Source: an uncultured Acidobacteriota bacterium (GTDB lineage: Bacteria; Acidobacteriota; Vicinamibacteria; Vicinamibacterales; CAVPJW01). From it: 64,000 nucleotides of DNA. Location of the stretch: the NCBI GenBank assembly GCA_963705525.1, contig CAVPJW010000003.1, forward strand, positions 339,976 to 403,975. Direction: 5' to 3'. Both the position numbers and the translations under genes were made by a program. Shown piece after piece: positions 34,573-43,283 of the stretch (positions are counted from its first letter, which is position 1; every line of letters begins with the position of its first letter). Under the pieces are notes generated by a model. That model worked only from the letters and a program-made list of their open reading frames with translations, had not been told where the DNA came from and ran no database searches.

Positions 34573-35304
34573 GCCCGCGGTTTCTTCGATGGTCTTGTAA
34601 GGCTTTGCCAGACCCATCATCGTCATCAACCTGATGACGGGCCACGCCAGATCGATTTCACTCGGCCGGAAGCTGAACTTCGGACTCCGCGGAAACCCGT
34701 GGTGGTTGTTGTGCAGTCCCTCGCCCCCCGTGAGGAGCGCGATGAACCGCAGGTTCGTCGCGGTGTTGTCGAAATTCCGGTAGCCGAGATGGTGACAGAG
34801 TCCGTTGATTGACGAGGAGAGCACGAAGACATACATCACCAGGTGGATGCCTGCGGCGAGCAGACCCCAGCCGATGCCGAGGACGAGGCAAAGCAGCACC
34901 GTGCCCACAACGGGACCGACAGCGCCGTAGTTGAAAATGAAGCGATCCCACGCATCGTCTTTGATGTCGCGCGCGTATTTCTCGACGACCTCTTTGTTCT
35001 TCGCTTCCTTGATGTAAAGGAAGACGTTGCCCAGTTGAACCGGCCAGAAGCCCTCGAGGGCCGGGCTGTGCGGATCGCCTTCTTCGTCCGTGAACGCGTG
35101 ATGCTTGCGGTGAACGGCCACCCATTCCTTGGTCGAGATGCCCGTGGTCAGCCAGAGCGCGAACCTGAAGACCAGCGCCGCGGCCGGATGCAGCACCAGC
35201 GCGCGGTGCGTCGCCGTCCGGTGCAGATAAATGGTCGTGGAGAAGACCGCCGTCTGAATAACGAGCGCCGCCACGACGAGCGTGACCAGCAGTGAAAACA
35301 GCAC
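34561..35304 (-). CDS. acyl-CoA (delta-9-like) fatty acid desaturase, membrane-bound
   Basis: Histidine boxes HRTATH, HRKHHAFTD and HNNHHGFP. GTG start behind GGAGG. The 3' end overlaps the pcnB 3' end by 12 nt (convergent genes). Confidence 0.85.
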   Translation of the reverse strand: MLFSLLVTLVVAALVIQTAVFSTTIYLHRTATHRALVLHPAAALVFRFALWLTTGISTKEWVAVHRKHHAFTDEEGDPHSPALEGFWPVQLGNVFLYIKEAKNKEVVEKYARDIKDDAWDRFIFNYGAVGPVVGTVLLCLVLGIGWGLLAAGIHLVMYVFVLSSSINGLCHHLGYRNFDNTATNLRFIALLTGGEGLHNNHHGFPRSPKFSFRPSEIDLAWPVIRLMTMMGLAKPYKTIEETAGSHS

Positions 35305-35419
35305 TCAAAACCTCCGGTCGAGAAATCGACGGCCGCCTGAAACGTACAATCTTAACACGCGACGGCTGTCCGCTCCAACCGCGCGGCCCTTTACACCGCG
35401 TGCCCGGAATTCACCGGGG

Positions 35420-36511
35420 CTACCCCTGCTTGCGCTCGAATTCCTTCATGAAATCAACGAGCGCATCGACCCCGGCCTCCGGGAACGCGTTGTATATCGA
35501 CGCTCGCATCCCGCCCACCGACCGATGGCCCTTCAATCCGTCGAGCCCGGCGGCCGTCGAGTCCTTGACGAACGCCTTCTCGAGATCTTCATTGAGCAAT
35601 CGGAACGTCACGTTCATCAGAGATCGGCTGTCAGTGTTCGCAGTCCCCCGATAGAAGCCCGTGCCGTCGATCGCGGCGTACAGCTTGGCCGCCTTGCGTT
35701 GGTTGACTCGCGCCCGCGCCTCGAGGCCTCCGTTGGCCAGCAACCACTTCATCACGAGGCCATACACATAGATCGCGAAGACGGGCGGCGTGTTGTACAT
35801 CGACCCGTTCTCCGCATGTACGCCGTAGCTGAGCATCGTCGCCAGCGACTTGGATGATCGGGCCAGCAGGTCTGTCCGGACAATGACAAGCGTCATACCG
35901 GCCGGCCCGAGATTCTTCTGGGCGCCGGCATAGATCAGCGCGTGACGCGACACGTCGATGGGCCGGCTGAACATGTCGGACGAGGTGTCGCTGACCAATG
36001 GGCGGTCGCCGACATCGGGCAGGCTCTTCCATTCCGTTCCGAAGATCGTATTGTTGGACGTCATGTGCACGTACGCCGCACCGTCAGTCAGCTTGAGCTC
36101 GTCCTGCCTCGGTATCCGGACGAAGTTCTCCGACTCCGTTGACGCGGCCACGTTGACGTTCCCGACGCGCTTGGCTTCCTTCAGGGCCTTCTGCGACCAG
36201 GCACCGGTCACGATGTAGTCGGCGGTGCCCCCGGGCGTCAGGAGGTTCATCGGCACCATGGAAAACTGCAGGCTGGCGCCGCCCTGGAGAAACAGAATCT
36301 TGTAGTCGTCTGAAATGCCGGCCAGCTTCCGCGTGTCGGCTTCGGCCTCGGCCAGGATGGCTTCGAACGTCTTGGACCGATGGCTGATTTCCAGAATCGA
36401 CATCCCGACCCCTGGCAGCGAGAGCAGATCCCGCTGCACCTGCTCGAGCACGGGCACAGGCAGCACGGCCGGGCCGGCCGCGAAGTTGACGATTCGTGTC
36501 GCAGTAACCAT
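35420..36511 (-). CDS. serC: phosphoserine aminotransferase
   Basis: NFAAGPAVLPVPVLEQ, GGASLQF, AGAQKNLGPAG and GGMRASIYNA. Confidence 0.9.
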   Translation of the reverse strand: MVTATRIVNFAAGPAVLPVPVLEQVQRDLLSLPGVGMSILEISHRSKTFEAILAEAEADTRKLAGISDDYKILFLQGGASLQFSMVPMNLLTPGGTADYIVTGAWSQKALKEAKRVGNVNVAASTESENFVRIPRQDELKLTDGAAYVHMTSNNTIFGTEWKSLPDVGDRPLVSDTSSDMFSRPIDVSRHALIYAGAQKNLGPAGMTLVIVRTDLLARSSKSLATMLSYGVHAENGSMYNTPPVFAIYVYGLVMKWLLANGGLEARARVNQRKAAKLYAAIDGTGFYRGTANTDSRSLMNVTFRLLNEDLEKAFVKDSTAAGLDGLKGHRSVGGMRASIYNAFPEAGVDALVDFMKEFERKQG

Positions 36512-36540
36512 GGCGTTTACCTCGCGATCCCCGGGTTCAC

Positions 36541-37785
36541 TCAGATCTTCACCAGGTGCAAATCGAGAATGTCGGCGTTGCCGGCGCGAATCTTTTGAAG
36601 GCTATCGTCCGACGGCGCGCGATCGAGATTGATCCGGGCGATGGCTGCCTGAGCGCCGTCGAAAATGATGTTTTCGGTTTCCTGCACGTTCAGGTTGCCG
36701 GTCCGCAGATGCTCGAAGACGTGCGCCAGCACGCCGGGACGATCGTGATGGCGCACGACCAGCATGTATGTGGCCGGCGTCCGTTTGCAGAGATTGACCA
36801 CGTTCGGCACCTTGCCGGTTTCCTTGTACGTGCGAACGATGCGCACGGTCTCGGCGGCGATCGCCTCCTGTGCCTGATCGGTCGAGGCGCCGATGTGATG
36901 CGTGCCGTAGACGTTCGGCAACGTCAGGAGCGCGTCCTTGAATTCGCCCGCCGCGCCCGTCGGCTCGCCGGCAAAGACGTCGAGACCTGCTCTGATGCCG
37001 CGTTCCCTGACCGCAGCTTCGAGCGCCTTATAATCCACGACTTCTGCCCGCGCCGTATTGATGAACATCGCCCCAGGCTTCAGACGCTTGAGAAGATCCG
37101 CACCGACCAGGCCGCGCGTGTCGGGCGTCAACGCCAGGTGGACGCTCACGACATCGGCTCTTTCGACGACTTCGCCCGCCGTACCGACAATCTCCAGTGT
37201 CTGCGTGCCGCCGTGATCCAGGCCGAGCTCGGCAGCGGCGGATTCGCCCGTCCGATGCTCGCTGCCGAATCGCCTGCTCCAGACTATCAGGTTCATCCCC
37301 AGCGGCTGTGCGCGCCGCGCGACCTCCTGCCCGATGCTGCCAAACCCGAGAAGGCCGAGCGAGCGGCCGTAGAGGCCCGCCGCCTTTGAATACTCCTTCT
37401 TGTTCCAGGTTCCGGCTCGCAGCTCGGCCACGTTGTCGGGAATCCGGCGATCAAGCGCCAGCATCAGCCCGATGGTGAGCTCCGCCACCGCGATCGAATT
37501 CTTGCCGGGACAATTCGACACATAGATGCCGCGCCTGGACGCCGCCGCGACATCAATCGTGTTGTAGCCGGCGCCGGCACGCACCACCAGAGAGAGCGAC
37601 CCCCGTTCGAGCATTTCCTCCGTCACCGCCGTCGATCGGACGACGAGCACGTCGGCCTTTGTGTCGCCCAGTGCCGTGACCAGTGTCGGGCCGTTCAGGT
37701 CGGGCTGGTAGACCACATCGCAACCAGAGGCCTTCAACCCTTCAAGGCCGCTTTTCTCGAATTTGTCGGCAATCAGTACTTTCAT
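36541..37785 (-). CDS. serA: D-3-phosphoglycerate dehydrogenase
   Basis: MKVLIADKF, GLLGFGSIGQEVARR, and the HIGASTDQAQ catalytic region. C-terminal ACT-like domain. Confidence 0.9.
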   Translation of the reverse strand: MKVLIADKFEKSGLEGLKASGCDVVYQPDLNGPTLVTALGDTKADVLVVRSTAVTEEMLERGSLSLVVRAGAGYNTIDVAAASRRGIYVSNCPGKNSIAVAELTIGLMLALDRRIPDNVAELRAGTWNKKEYSKAAGLYGRSLGLLGFGSIGQEVARRAQPLGMNLIVWSRRFGSEHRTGESAAAELGLDHGGTQTLEIVGTAGEVVERADVVSVHLALTPDTRGLVGADLLKRLKPGAMFINTARAEVVDYKALEAAVRERGIRAGLDVFAGEPTGAAGEFKDALLTLPNVYGTHHIGASTDQAQEAIAAETVRIVRTYKETGKVPNVVNLCKRTPATYMLVVRHHDRPGVLAHVFEHLRTGNLNVQETENIIFDGAQAAIARINLDRAPSDDSLQKIRAGNADILDLHLVKI

Positions 37786-37795
37786 GGTGTGCACA

Positions 37796-38998
37796 TTACA
37801 GAACGTGACTGAGCAGGCCGTCACGGAGTTTTGGCTCGAACCACGTGGACTTGGGAGGCATGATGCCCCCCTGATCGGCCACCCGCATCAGATCGTCGAC
37901 ACTCACCGGGAACATCGAGAAGGCGACCGCCGCCCGTCCCTCGTTCACCAGGCGCTCCAGTTCGGACGCCCCGCGGATGCCTCCGACGAAGTCGATGCGT
38001 TTGTCGGTCCGGACATCGACGATCTTGAGTACCGGGTCGAGGAGTCCGTTCTGCAGCACGCTGACGTCGAGGCCGTCGATCGCGTCGCCGGCCTGGCCGC
38101 GGCCGTCGAGCACGAGCGTCTGCCACTTTCCCGCAAGATACATCCCCACTTCGCCCTTTCGCGCGGGGCTGCCGCCACCCGGCTTCACGTCGAATCTCTT
38201 CGCGACATCCGCAAGAAAGTCCGCCGGCGGCCGGCCATTCAGGTCTTTGACCACTCGGTTGTAGGGCAGAATCTGGGTCTGGTTGTGCGGAAAGGCAACG
38301 GCGAGCACCGTATTCGCCTCGGCCGACCTCAGGTGTTCTCTCGTGCGCGCGGCGCTCGCCGCGCGATGATGGCCATCAGCGATGTAGAGCGCCGGCACCG
38401 CGCCGAAGGCCTGCACGATGCCTTGCGCATCCGCCCCACCGACTCGCCAGATCGCGTGACGGACGCCATCGTCGGCCGCAAAGTCAAAGAGCGGCGGAGA
38501 CGACATGAGCCGATCGACGTGTCGATCGATCTCGGGCCGGGCTCGATACGTGAGGAAGACTGGGCCGGTCTGCGCTCCGAGCGCAATCATGTGGCGCGTG
38601 CGGTCGTCTTCCTTGTCGCGCCGCGTTCTCTCGTGTTTCTTGATGAGATCGCGGTCGTACTCGTCGAGCGAGAAGCACGCGGCGACCCCGGTCTGCTGGT
38701 GCTTCCCCATGGTCAGTCGGTACAGATAGAGGCTCGGCGCGTCTTCAAGGACGAGCGGCGCCGTTCGTTTCAGCCTCGAAAAGCGCTCGGCCGCGGTCGA
38801 GTACACCTGTTCCGCATACGGATCGGCGCCAGGAGGAAGATCGATCTCGGAACGGGATACGTGCAGGAAACTCAACGGGTTACCCGCCGCCAGCGCACGG
38901 GCCTCATCCGTGGAGACGACGTCGTAGGGGACGGCGGCGACACGCGGGGCGGCATCGGGTGCCGGGCGGAGCGCTCGAAATGGGAAGACAGAAGCCAT
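37796..38998 (-). CDS. DUF1015 domain-containing protein
   Basis: N-terminal FPFRALRPAPD...VAAVPYDVVSTDEAR and YIADGHHR, both typical of DUF1015. It is the first gene of the serA-serC operon. Confidence 0.75.
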   Translation of the reverse strand: MASVFPFRALRPAPDAAPRVAAVPYDVVSTDEARALAAGNPLSFLHVSRSEIDLPPGADPYAEQVYSTAAERFSRLKRTAPLVLEDAPSLYLYRLTMGKHQQTGVAACFSLDEYDRDLIKKHERTRRDKEDDRTRHMIALGAQTGPVFLTYRARPEIDRHVDRLMSSPPLFDFAADDGVRHAIWRVGGADAQGIVQAFGAVPALYIADGHHRAASAARTREHLRSAEANTVLAVAFPHNQTQILPYNRVVKDLNGRPPADFLADVAKRFDVKPGGGSPARKGEVGMYLAGKWQTLVLDGRGQAGDAIDGLDVSVLQNGLLDPVLKIVDVRTDKRIDFVGGIRGASELERLVNEGRAAVAFSMFPVSVDDLMRVADQGGIMPPKSTWFEPKLRDGLLSHVL

Positions 38999-39170
38999 GG
39001 TTAGAACCGTAGAATGTACGGCGTATGGGCCGCGGTTGAAAAGTGCAAAGTTTTGAGCGGACCCTCGGGGCTACAAGGCGCGTCTATTGGGGATGTTCGA
39101 ACACCGGCACTGCTCCGGGGCCCCGCCCAGGCAGCGACCGGCAGCCGATAAACAATTGAAGGAGTTCCAC

Positions 39171-39749
39171 ATGAAGCGATCGATGGTGTTTCTCGTTCTC
39201 ATTCTGCTCACCAGCCTGCCGGTTGCGGCTCAAATACCGCAGCCCCCGGCCGCCAATCCCCTGACGGGATCCCTCAAGGGGATGTACGACAACATCAAGA
39301 AAAACCTGACGGAGTCGGCCGAGAAGATGCCCGAGGTCAACTATTCGTTCAAGCCTACTCCGGACGTCCGCAGCTTCGGCGAGCTGGTCGGTCACGTCGC
39401 CAACGCGAATTTCATGCTGTGCTCACGCGTGAAGGGCGAGAAGAATCCAAACGATGGCAACGATTTCGAGAAGAAGACGGCAAAGGCCGATCTTGTGAAG
39501 GGATTGCAGGACGCCGTCGCCTACTGTGATGGAGTGTACGGGTCGGCGACCGACGCCATGGCCATGGAGATCGTCAAGACGGGCGAACCGCCAAACCAGC
39601 GCGACGTCCCGCGCGCAAACTGGCTCATCGGCAATATCGCGCACAACAACGAGCACTACGGCAACATCGTCACGTATCTGCGGCTCAAGGGCATCGTCCC
39701 GCCGTCCACTGAGCGCGCGCAGCAGATGCGTCGCCCCAGCGCGGACTGA
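39171..39749 (+). CDS. DinB family protein, secreted
   Basis: FGELVGHVANANF and NIAHNNEHYGNIVTYLR (DinB His triad). Signal MKRSMVFLVLILLTSLPVAAQ. GAAGGAG Shine-Dalgarno. Confidence 0.8.
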   Translation: MKRSMVFLVLILLTSLPVAAQIPQPPAANPLTGSLKGMYDNIKKNLTESAEKMPEVNYSFKPTPDVRSFGELVGHVANANFMLCSRVKGEKNPNDGNDFEKKTAKADLVKGLQDAVAYCDGVYGSATDAMAMEIVKTGEPPNQRDVPRANWLIGNIAHNNEHYGNIVTYLRLKGIVPPSTERAQQMRRPSAD

Positions 39750-39765
39750 GCCGTCCGCCAAGTTG

Positions 39766-39817
39766 CCGGAAAAAACGAAGGCCGAGGCACGACGCCTCGG
39801 CCTTTTTCGTTTTCCGG
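39766..39817. terminator. bidirectional intrinsic terminator between convergent genes
   Basis: The GGCCGAGGC-ACGAC-GCCTCGGCC stem is flanked by an A-run (5') and a T-run (3'), with extended CCGG...CCGG pairing. Confidence 0.65.
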
Positions 39818-39834
39818 TGGCTTCCGCCTGGACT

Positions 39835-40740
39835 CTACTGCACCAACGTCACTTGAATGAGTTTCTTGTATCGCACCGGCTGCCCATCCTTGGTCGCCGG
39901 GCGGTACTTCCAGTTCTTCGCCGCAGCCAGCACCAGTCCGTCATAGACCGGCGTCATCGGCTGTCTGAGGGTGGCCGACTCGACCTCGCCGTTCTCAGTC
40001 ACGATGATCTCGAGCACTCCGCGGCCCGGCGTCACCTTGGGCACGACCGTGCGCGGCCACCGGGGGAACTCTTGTTTGACCGGCGTCGGAGGGACGACGT
40101 CGGGATTGTCGACTCCGTAAATCAGAGGCACAACTTTCACTGCGACCTCAGGCGCGGGAGCCGGAACTGGCTCAGGCGCCGGAGGCGGCGCGGCCGAGGC
40201 CGTGGCGAGCTCCAGAAAGCCGGCCGCGAGCGTGCGCAAATCGGCGAGGCCGGGCTCCTTTTCGACGTCGAGCGCCGGATCGTTCATGACCTCGAGCACC
40301 GCCTTGAACTGATCGGCCGCCGATTGGAACTCCTTGTGATCGAAGGCGGCCTTGGCCTGCGCGTACTGCTGCTGAGCGATGGTCGGCAACATCCGTTTGC
40401 GGACCTCGGTGAACGCCGTCCGGATGCGCGGAGATACCTCCGCCTCGGCCGGCTGATACATTGGTTCGGACGTCACCACCTCTTCGATCGCTCGCTCCGC
40501 GTCCGTCTTGCGCCCCAGTGCCAGCAGGCAGAACGCCCGATACTGATTGACTCCGCGGCTGTCCTCGGTTGTTGACGCGCCCTTCAGTCCGTCGAGCACG
40601 TTCAGCGCTTCTTCGTACGCCGCGGCTGCGTAGAGATCTTTCGCGGTCGTGAGCGTTGCGTCCTGGGCCAGCAGTCTCACCTGGCCGGCTACTCCAAGAA
40701 ACAGAATTGTAACGAGGGTTCTTCGCTTCATGGCGTTCAC
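39835..40740 (-). CDS. secreted TPR-like protein with a TonB C-terminal-like domain
   Basis: Signal MKRRTLVTILFLGVAGQ, a Pro-rich linker APPPAPEPVPAPAP, and a C-terminus (GVLEIIVTENGEVESATL...AAAKNWKYRPATKDGQPV) of TonB_C type. Confidence 0.6.
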   Translation of the reverse strand: MNAMKRRTLVTILFLGVAGQVRLLAQDATLTTAKDLYAAAAYEEALNVLDGLKGASTTEDSRGVNQYRAFCLLALGRKTDAERAIEEVVTSEPMYQPAEAEVSPRIRTAFTEVRKRMLPTIAQQQYAQAKAAFDHKEFQSAADQFKAVLEVMNDPALDVEKEPGLADLRTLAAGFLELATASAAPPPAPEPVPAPAPEVAVKVVPLIYGVDNPDVVPPTPVKQEFPRWPRTVVPKVTPGRGVLEIIVTENGEVESATLRQPMTPVYDGLVLAAAKNWKYRPATKDGQPVRYKKLIQVTLVQ

Positions 40741-43013
40741 TTTCGGAGATCCACGCTGAGACGCGTCGGCGCCGCGAGCGTGACCGTTGCGGCATGGTGT
40801 TGTTCAGCGAACTGCGGATTTCGGAAGACGATTTCGTGCGGGCCTATCGGAACCGACAGATTGCCGATCGGGGTTTCGCCGACCTTCTCGCCGTCGATCC
40901 AGACCTCAGCCCACGGAATGGCGTTCAGATGAATGACGCCCTTCGGCAAGTCGACCTTGAATGCGGCCACACGCCCCGGAGGAACCTGAACGGTTCGCGT
41001 CATGCGGAATGCGAGCGTGTCGTTGACGACCTCGATGTCGTGGGCCCCGGCCGAGACCATGATGCGGTCGCTCTGACTCGTGCCAAGCAGGCGGCCGCCT
41101 TCGAAGATCTGCACTTCCACGGGCGCCGACACGGCCACCCATCCTGAAATCGGAGCGCCCGAACCTGCCAACGGCACGAACAGCGATGCCGTCGTGCCCG
41201 GCTGAATCGTGACGCGTTGTCTGACGGTGCCGAGCGTGCTCTCGAGGAGGACATCGTGATCGCCGGTGGCGAGCTCCTCAACTGTGATCGGGGAATTGCC
41301 GCGCGGCTGTCCATCGATCACGACGCGGGCTCCGGCGGGCTCGGTCTTGACCTGAAGATGTCCGGTCTGAACCGTTGCGCCGCCGAGCTCGATGTATTGC
41401 GAGACCTGGCTCCCCGTCTGAATCGTCACGGGGATGACACGCGGCTCTCCTCCTGGGGCCTTGAGCTCCATCTGATGCGGACCCGGCGGCAGCGTCAGCT
41501 TGAGCGGTGTCGCGCCGCGGACGCGTCCATCGATCACGACTTCGGCGCCTGGAGGTCGGGACTCGACCGCAAGCACTCCGGCAGCCGCGGGCGGCACGGT
41601 CGGGGTCAGGTACTTGCGCGCCGAAATCACGACGCCTTCGCACAACGCCACGACGCCGAGAGCCGCGATGGCGATGCGGCGCCGACGTGAAGCGAGTGAA
41701 CGCTGTGGGACGGGCGCGGGTTTCTTCACGGGCGGCGTCGGGATCGGTTCCGGCGAAAACAGGCGCTCGGGATCGAACGCGAATTCATTCTTCGCCGGTT
41801 CGGGCGGGAGCTGCGCGTGATGCACCGGCGTGGTCGGCATTGGCTCGACAAGCTCCTCGAATGCCTCCTCATCGTTGATTACAGGCTCGGTTTCGTGATG
41901 TGCCCAGACGGATTCCGGTTGCGGTGTCTCGAATACCTGCGCCGGCGCTGCATGGACCGGTTCAGGGCGCGGCGGCTCGGGCATCGCGGGTTCGGTTGGC
42001 TGCACCTTCACGGCGGTCGGTCTGGCCGCGACCGGGCGGACCGGTTCGAGGGGCTGGACGCGACTGACCGGCTCGGGCTTCGGCGCCGGCGTTTCTGTGC
42101 GGACCGGCTGCGTTGTCTGATCGTGGTAGCGGCTGAGGAACGACTCGAGCGCAATCGGAGCCGCGATATATCGACTCTCTTCGGAGAGCACGAGCTCGAG
42201 CGCGCTCTGCGCTTCGATGGCGGAATGAAACGGCTGACGATGATCCACTTGAAGCGCGCGCGCCAGCCACGTTCGAAGAGACGGAGCGAGCGGCTCGCGT
42301 TCACCGAGCGCCGACAGTTCAGTCGCCGCCGCGAGCACGTCAGCGATTCGGCGCGGATACTCGTCGTCTCGCAACGGCCGACCGAGAATCAACGACAGTG
42401 CGACGATCCCCAGTTGCGTCACGTCGGACCGGTGATCGAACCTCGGCAACCCGGCCGAGGCCGGCATCGCCACGCGGAATTCCTGCCACAACCGTTCGTG
42501 CGAGAAGTGGAGCTGCTCGAGCGCGGAACCGAGCACGTACTCGAGGACGACAAGTCGCGCGTGAGGCGTGACAACGATGCGTTCCGGCGCAATGGCGCCG
42601 TGCGAGACATCGCGGGCGTTCTGGTGGAGCATCGCGATGGCGGGTACGAGCTGCCGGATCAGAAACAGCGCCGCGTTGATGTCGAGCGGCAGCCCTTCTC
42701 GTTCGGCGACCGTCAGAATCTCTGACAACCGCGCGCCGGGCGTGTGTTCGTAAACCACCGCGAGCCCGCTCGGATCGGCAACGCGGTCGACGCGGCGCAC
42801 GCGGCCGTAATAGGCGTGGCGAAAGTTCGCGAGGCGGCTCACGCGCTCACGAAGCGCAAATTCGAAAGACGGAACTTCGGTCAGGTCCTCGCGAAGGCAC
42901 AGCATCTCGAGCGCTTCGCCGGCGCTCTTCTCGACAAGGAGAAAGCGATCACCGAGTCCGTCCTGGAATGACGGTGCCGACTGCGAGGCCGAGTGGGCGC
43001 GAGCAAGATCCAT
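40737..43013 (-). CDS. membrane-anchored protein-kinase-like (pseudokinase) protein with C-terminal PEGA domains
   Basis: The kinase-fold landmarks are present but the catalytic residues are replaced (HRDxKPxN becomes SHGAIAPERI; there is no GxGxxG and no DFG). A TM helix IAIAALGVVALCEGVVI follows. The PEGA repeats are VESRPPGAEVVIDGRVRGATP and VKTEPAGARVVIDGQPRGNSP. Confidence 0.7.
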   Translation of the reverse strand: MDLARAHSASQSAPSFQDGLGDRFLLVEKSAGEALEMLCLREDLTEVPSFEFALRERVSRLANFRHAYYGRVRRVDRVADPSGLAVVYEHTPGARLSEILTVAEREGLPLDINAALFLIRQLVPAIAMLHQNARDVSHGAIAPERIVVTPHARLVVLEYVLGSALEQLHFSHERLWQEFRVAMPASAGLPRFDHRSDVTQLGIVALSLILGRPLRDDEYPRRIADVLAAATELSALGEREPLAPSLRTWLARALQVDHRQPFHSAIEAQSALELVLSEESRYIAAPIALESFLSRYHDQTTQPVRTETPAPKPEPVSRVQPLEPVRPVAARPTAVKVQPTEPAMPEPPRPEPVHAAPAQVFETPQPESVWAHHETEPVINDEEAFEELVEPMPTTPVHHAQLPPEPAKNEFAFDPERLFSPEPIPTPPVKKPAPVPQRSLASRRRRIAIAALGVVALCEGVVISARKYLTPTVPPAAAGVLAVESRPPGAEVVIDGRVRGATPLKLTLPPGPHQMELKAPGGEPRVIPVTIQTGSQVSQYIELGGATVQTGHLQVKTEPAGARVVIDGQPRGNSPITVEELATGDHDVLLESTLGTVRQRVTIQPGTTASLFVPLAGSGAPISGWVAVSAPVEVQIFEGGRLLGTSQSDRIMVSAGAHDIEVVNDTLAFRMTRTVQVPPGRVAAFKVDLPKGVIHLNAIPWAEVWIDGEKVGETPIGNLSVPIGPHEIVFRNPQFAEQHHAATVTLAAPTRLSVDLRK

Positions 43014-43283
43014 CGGGGAGCCTCAATCCGAAGTTAAGGGGTTGAACCACCGGGTGATGCACGCCGAGGCGTGCCCACTCGTACCTGGCCGGTGGGTGCA
43101 ACGGCAGGACCAGCGCGCCAACCTGGTCGGTCATCAACTAAGTTGCTGTACCGTCATTGGTTGCTGGTCGTTGTCGCGGCTCGGAGTCCGGGTGACCAGA
43201 ACTTCCCGGTTACAGGATTGGTGGGACGATGACCCTTTTGTAATCGGGTCGCTATGATAGAGTCGCGGACTTTCGGAGGTTTC

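Noticed and set aside
43014-43283. A 270-nt divergent intergenic region with nested inverted repeats (CCACCGG...CCGGTGG, GCACGCC..GGCGTGC), considered as a structured ncRNA.
   Set aside because: It has no recognisable riboswitch or sRNA signature and no terminator. It most simply holds two divergent promoters, with TATGAT and GGAGG for the M28 gene.
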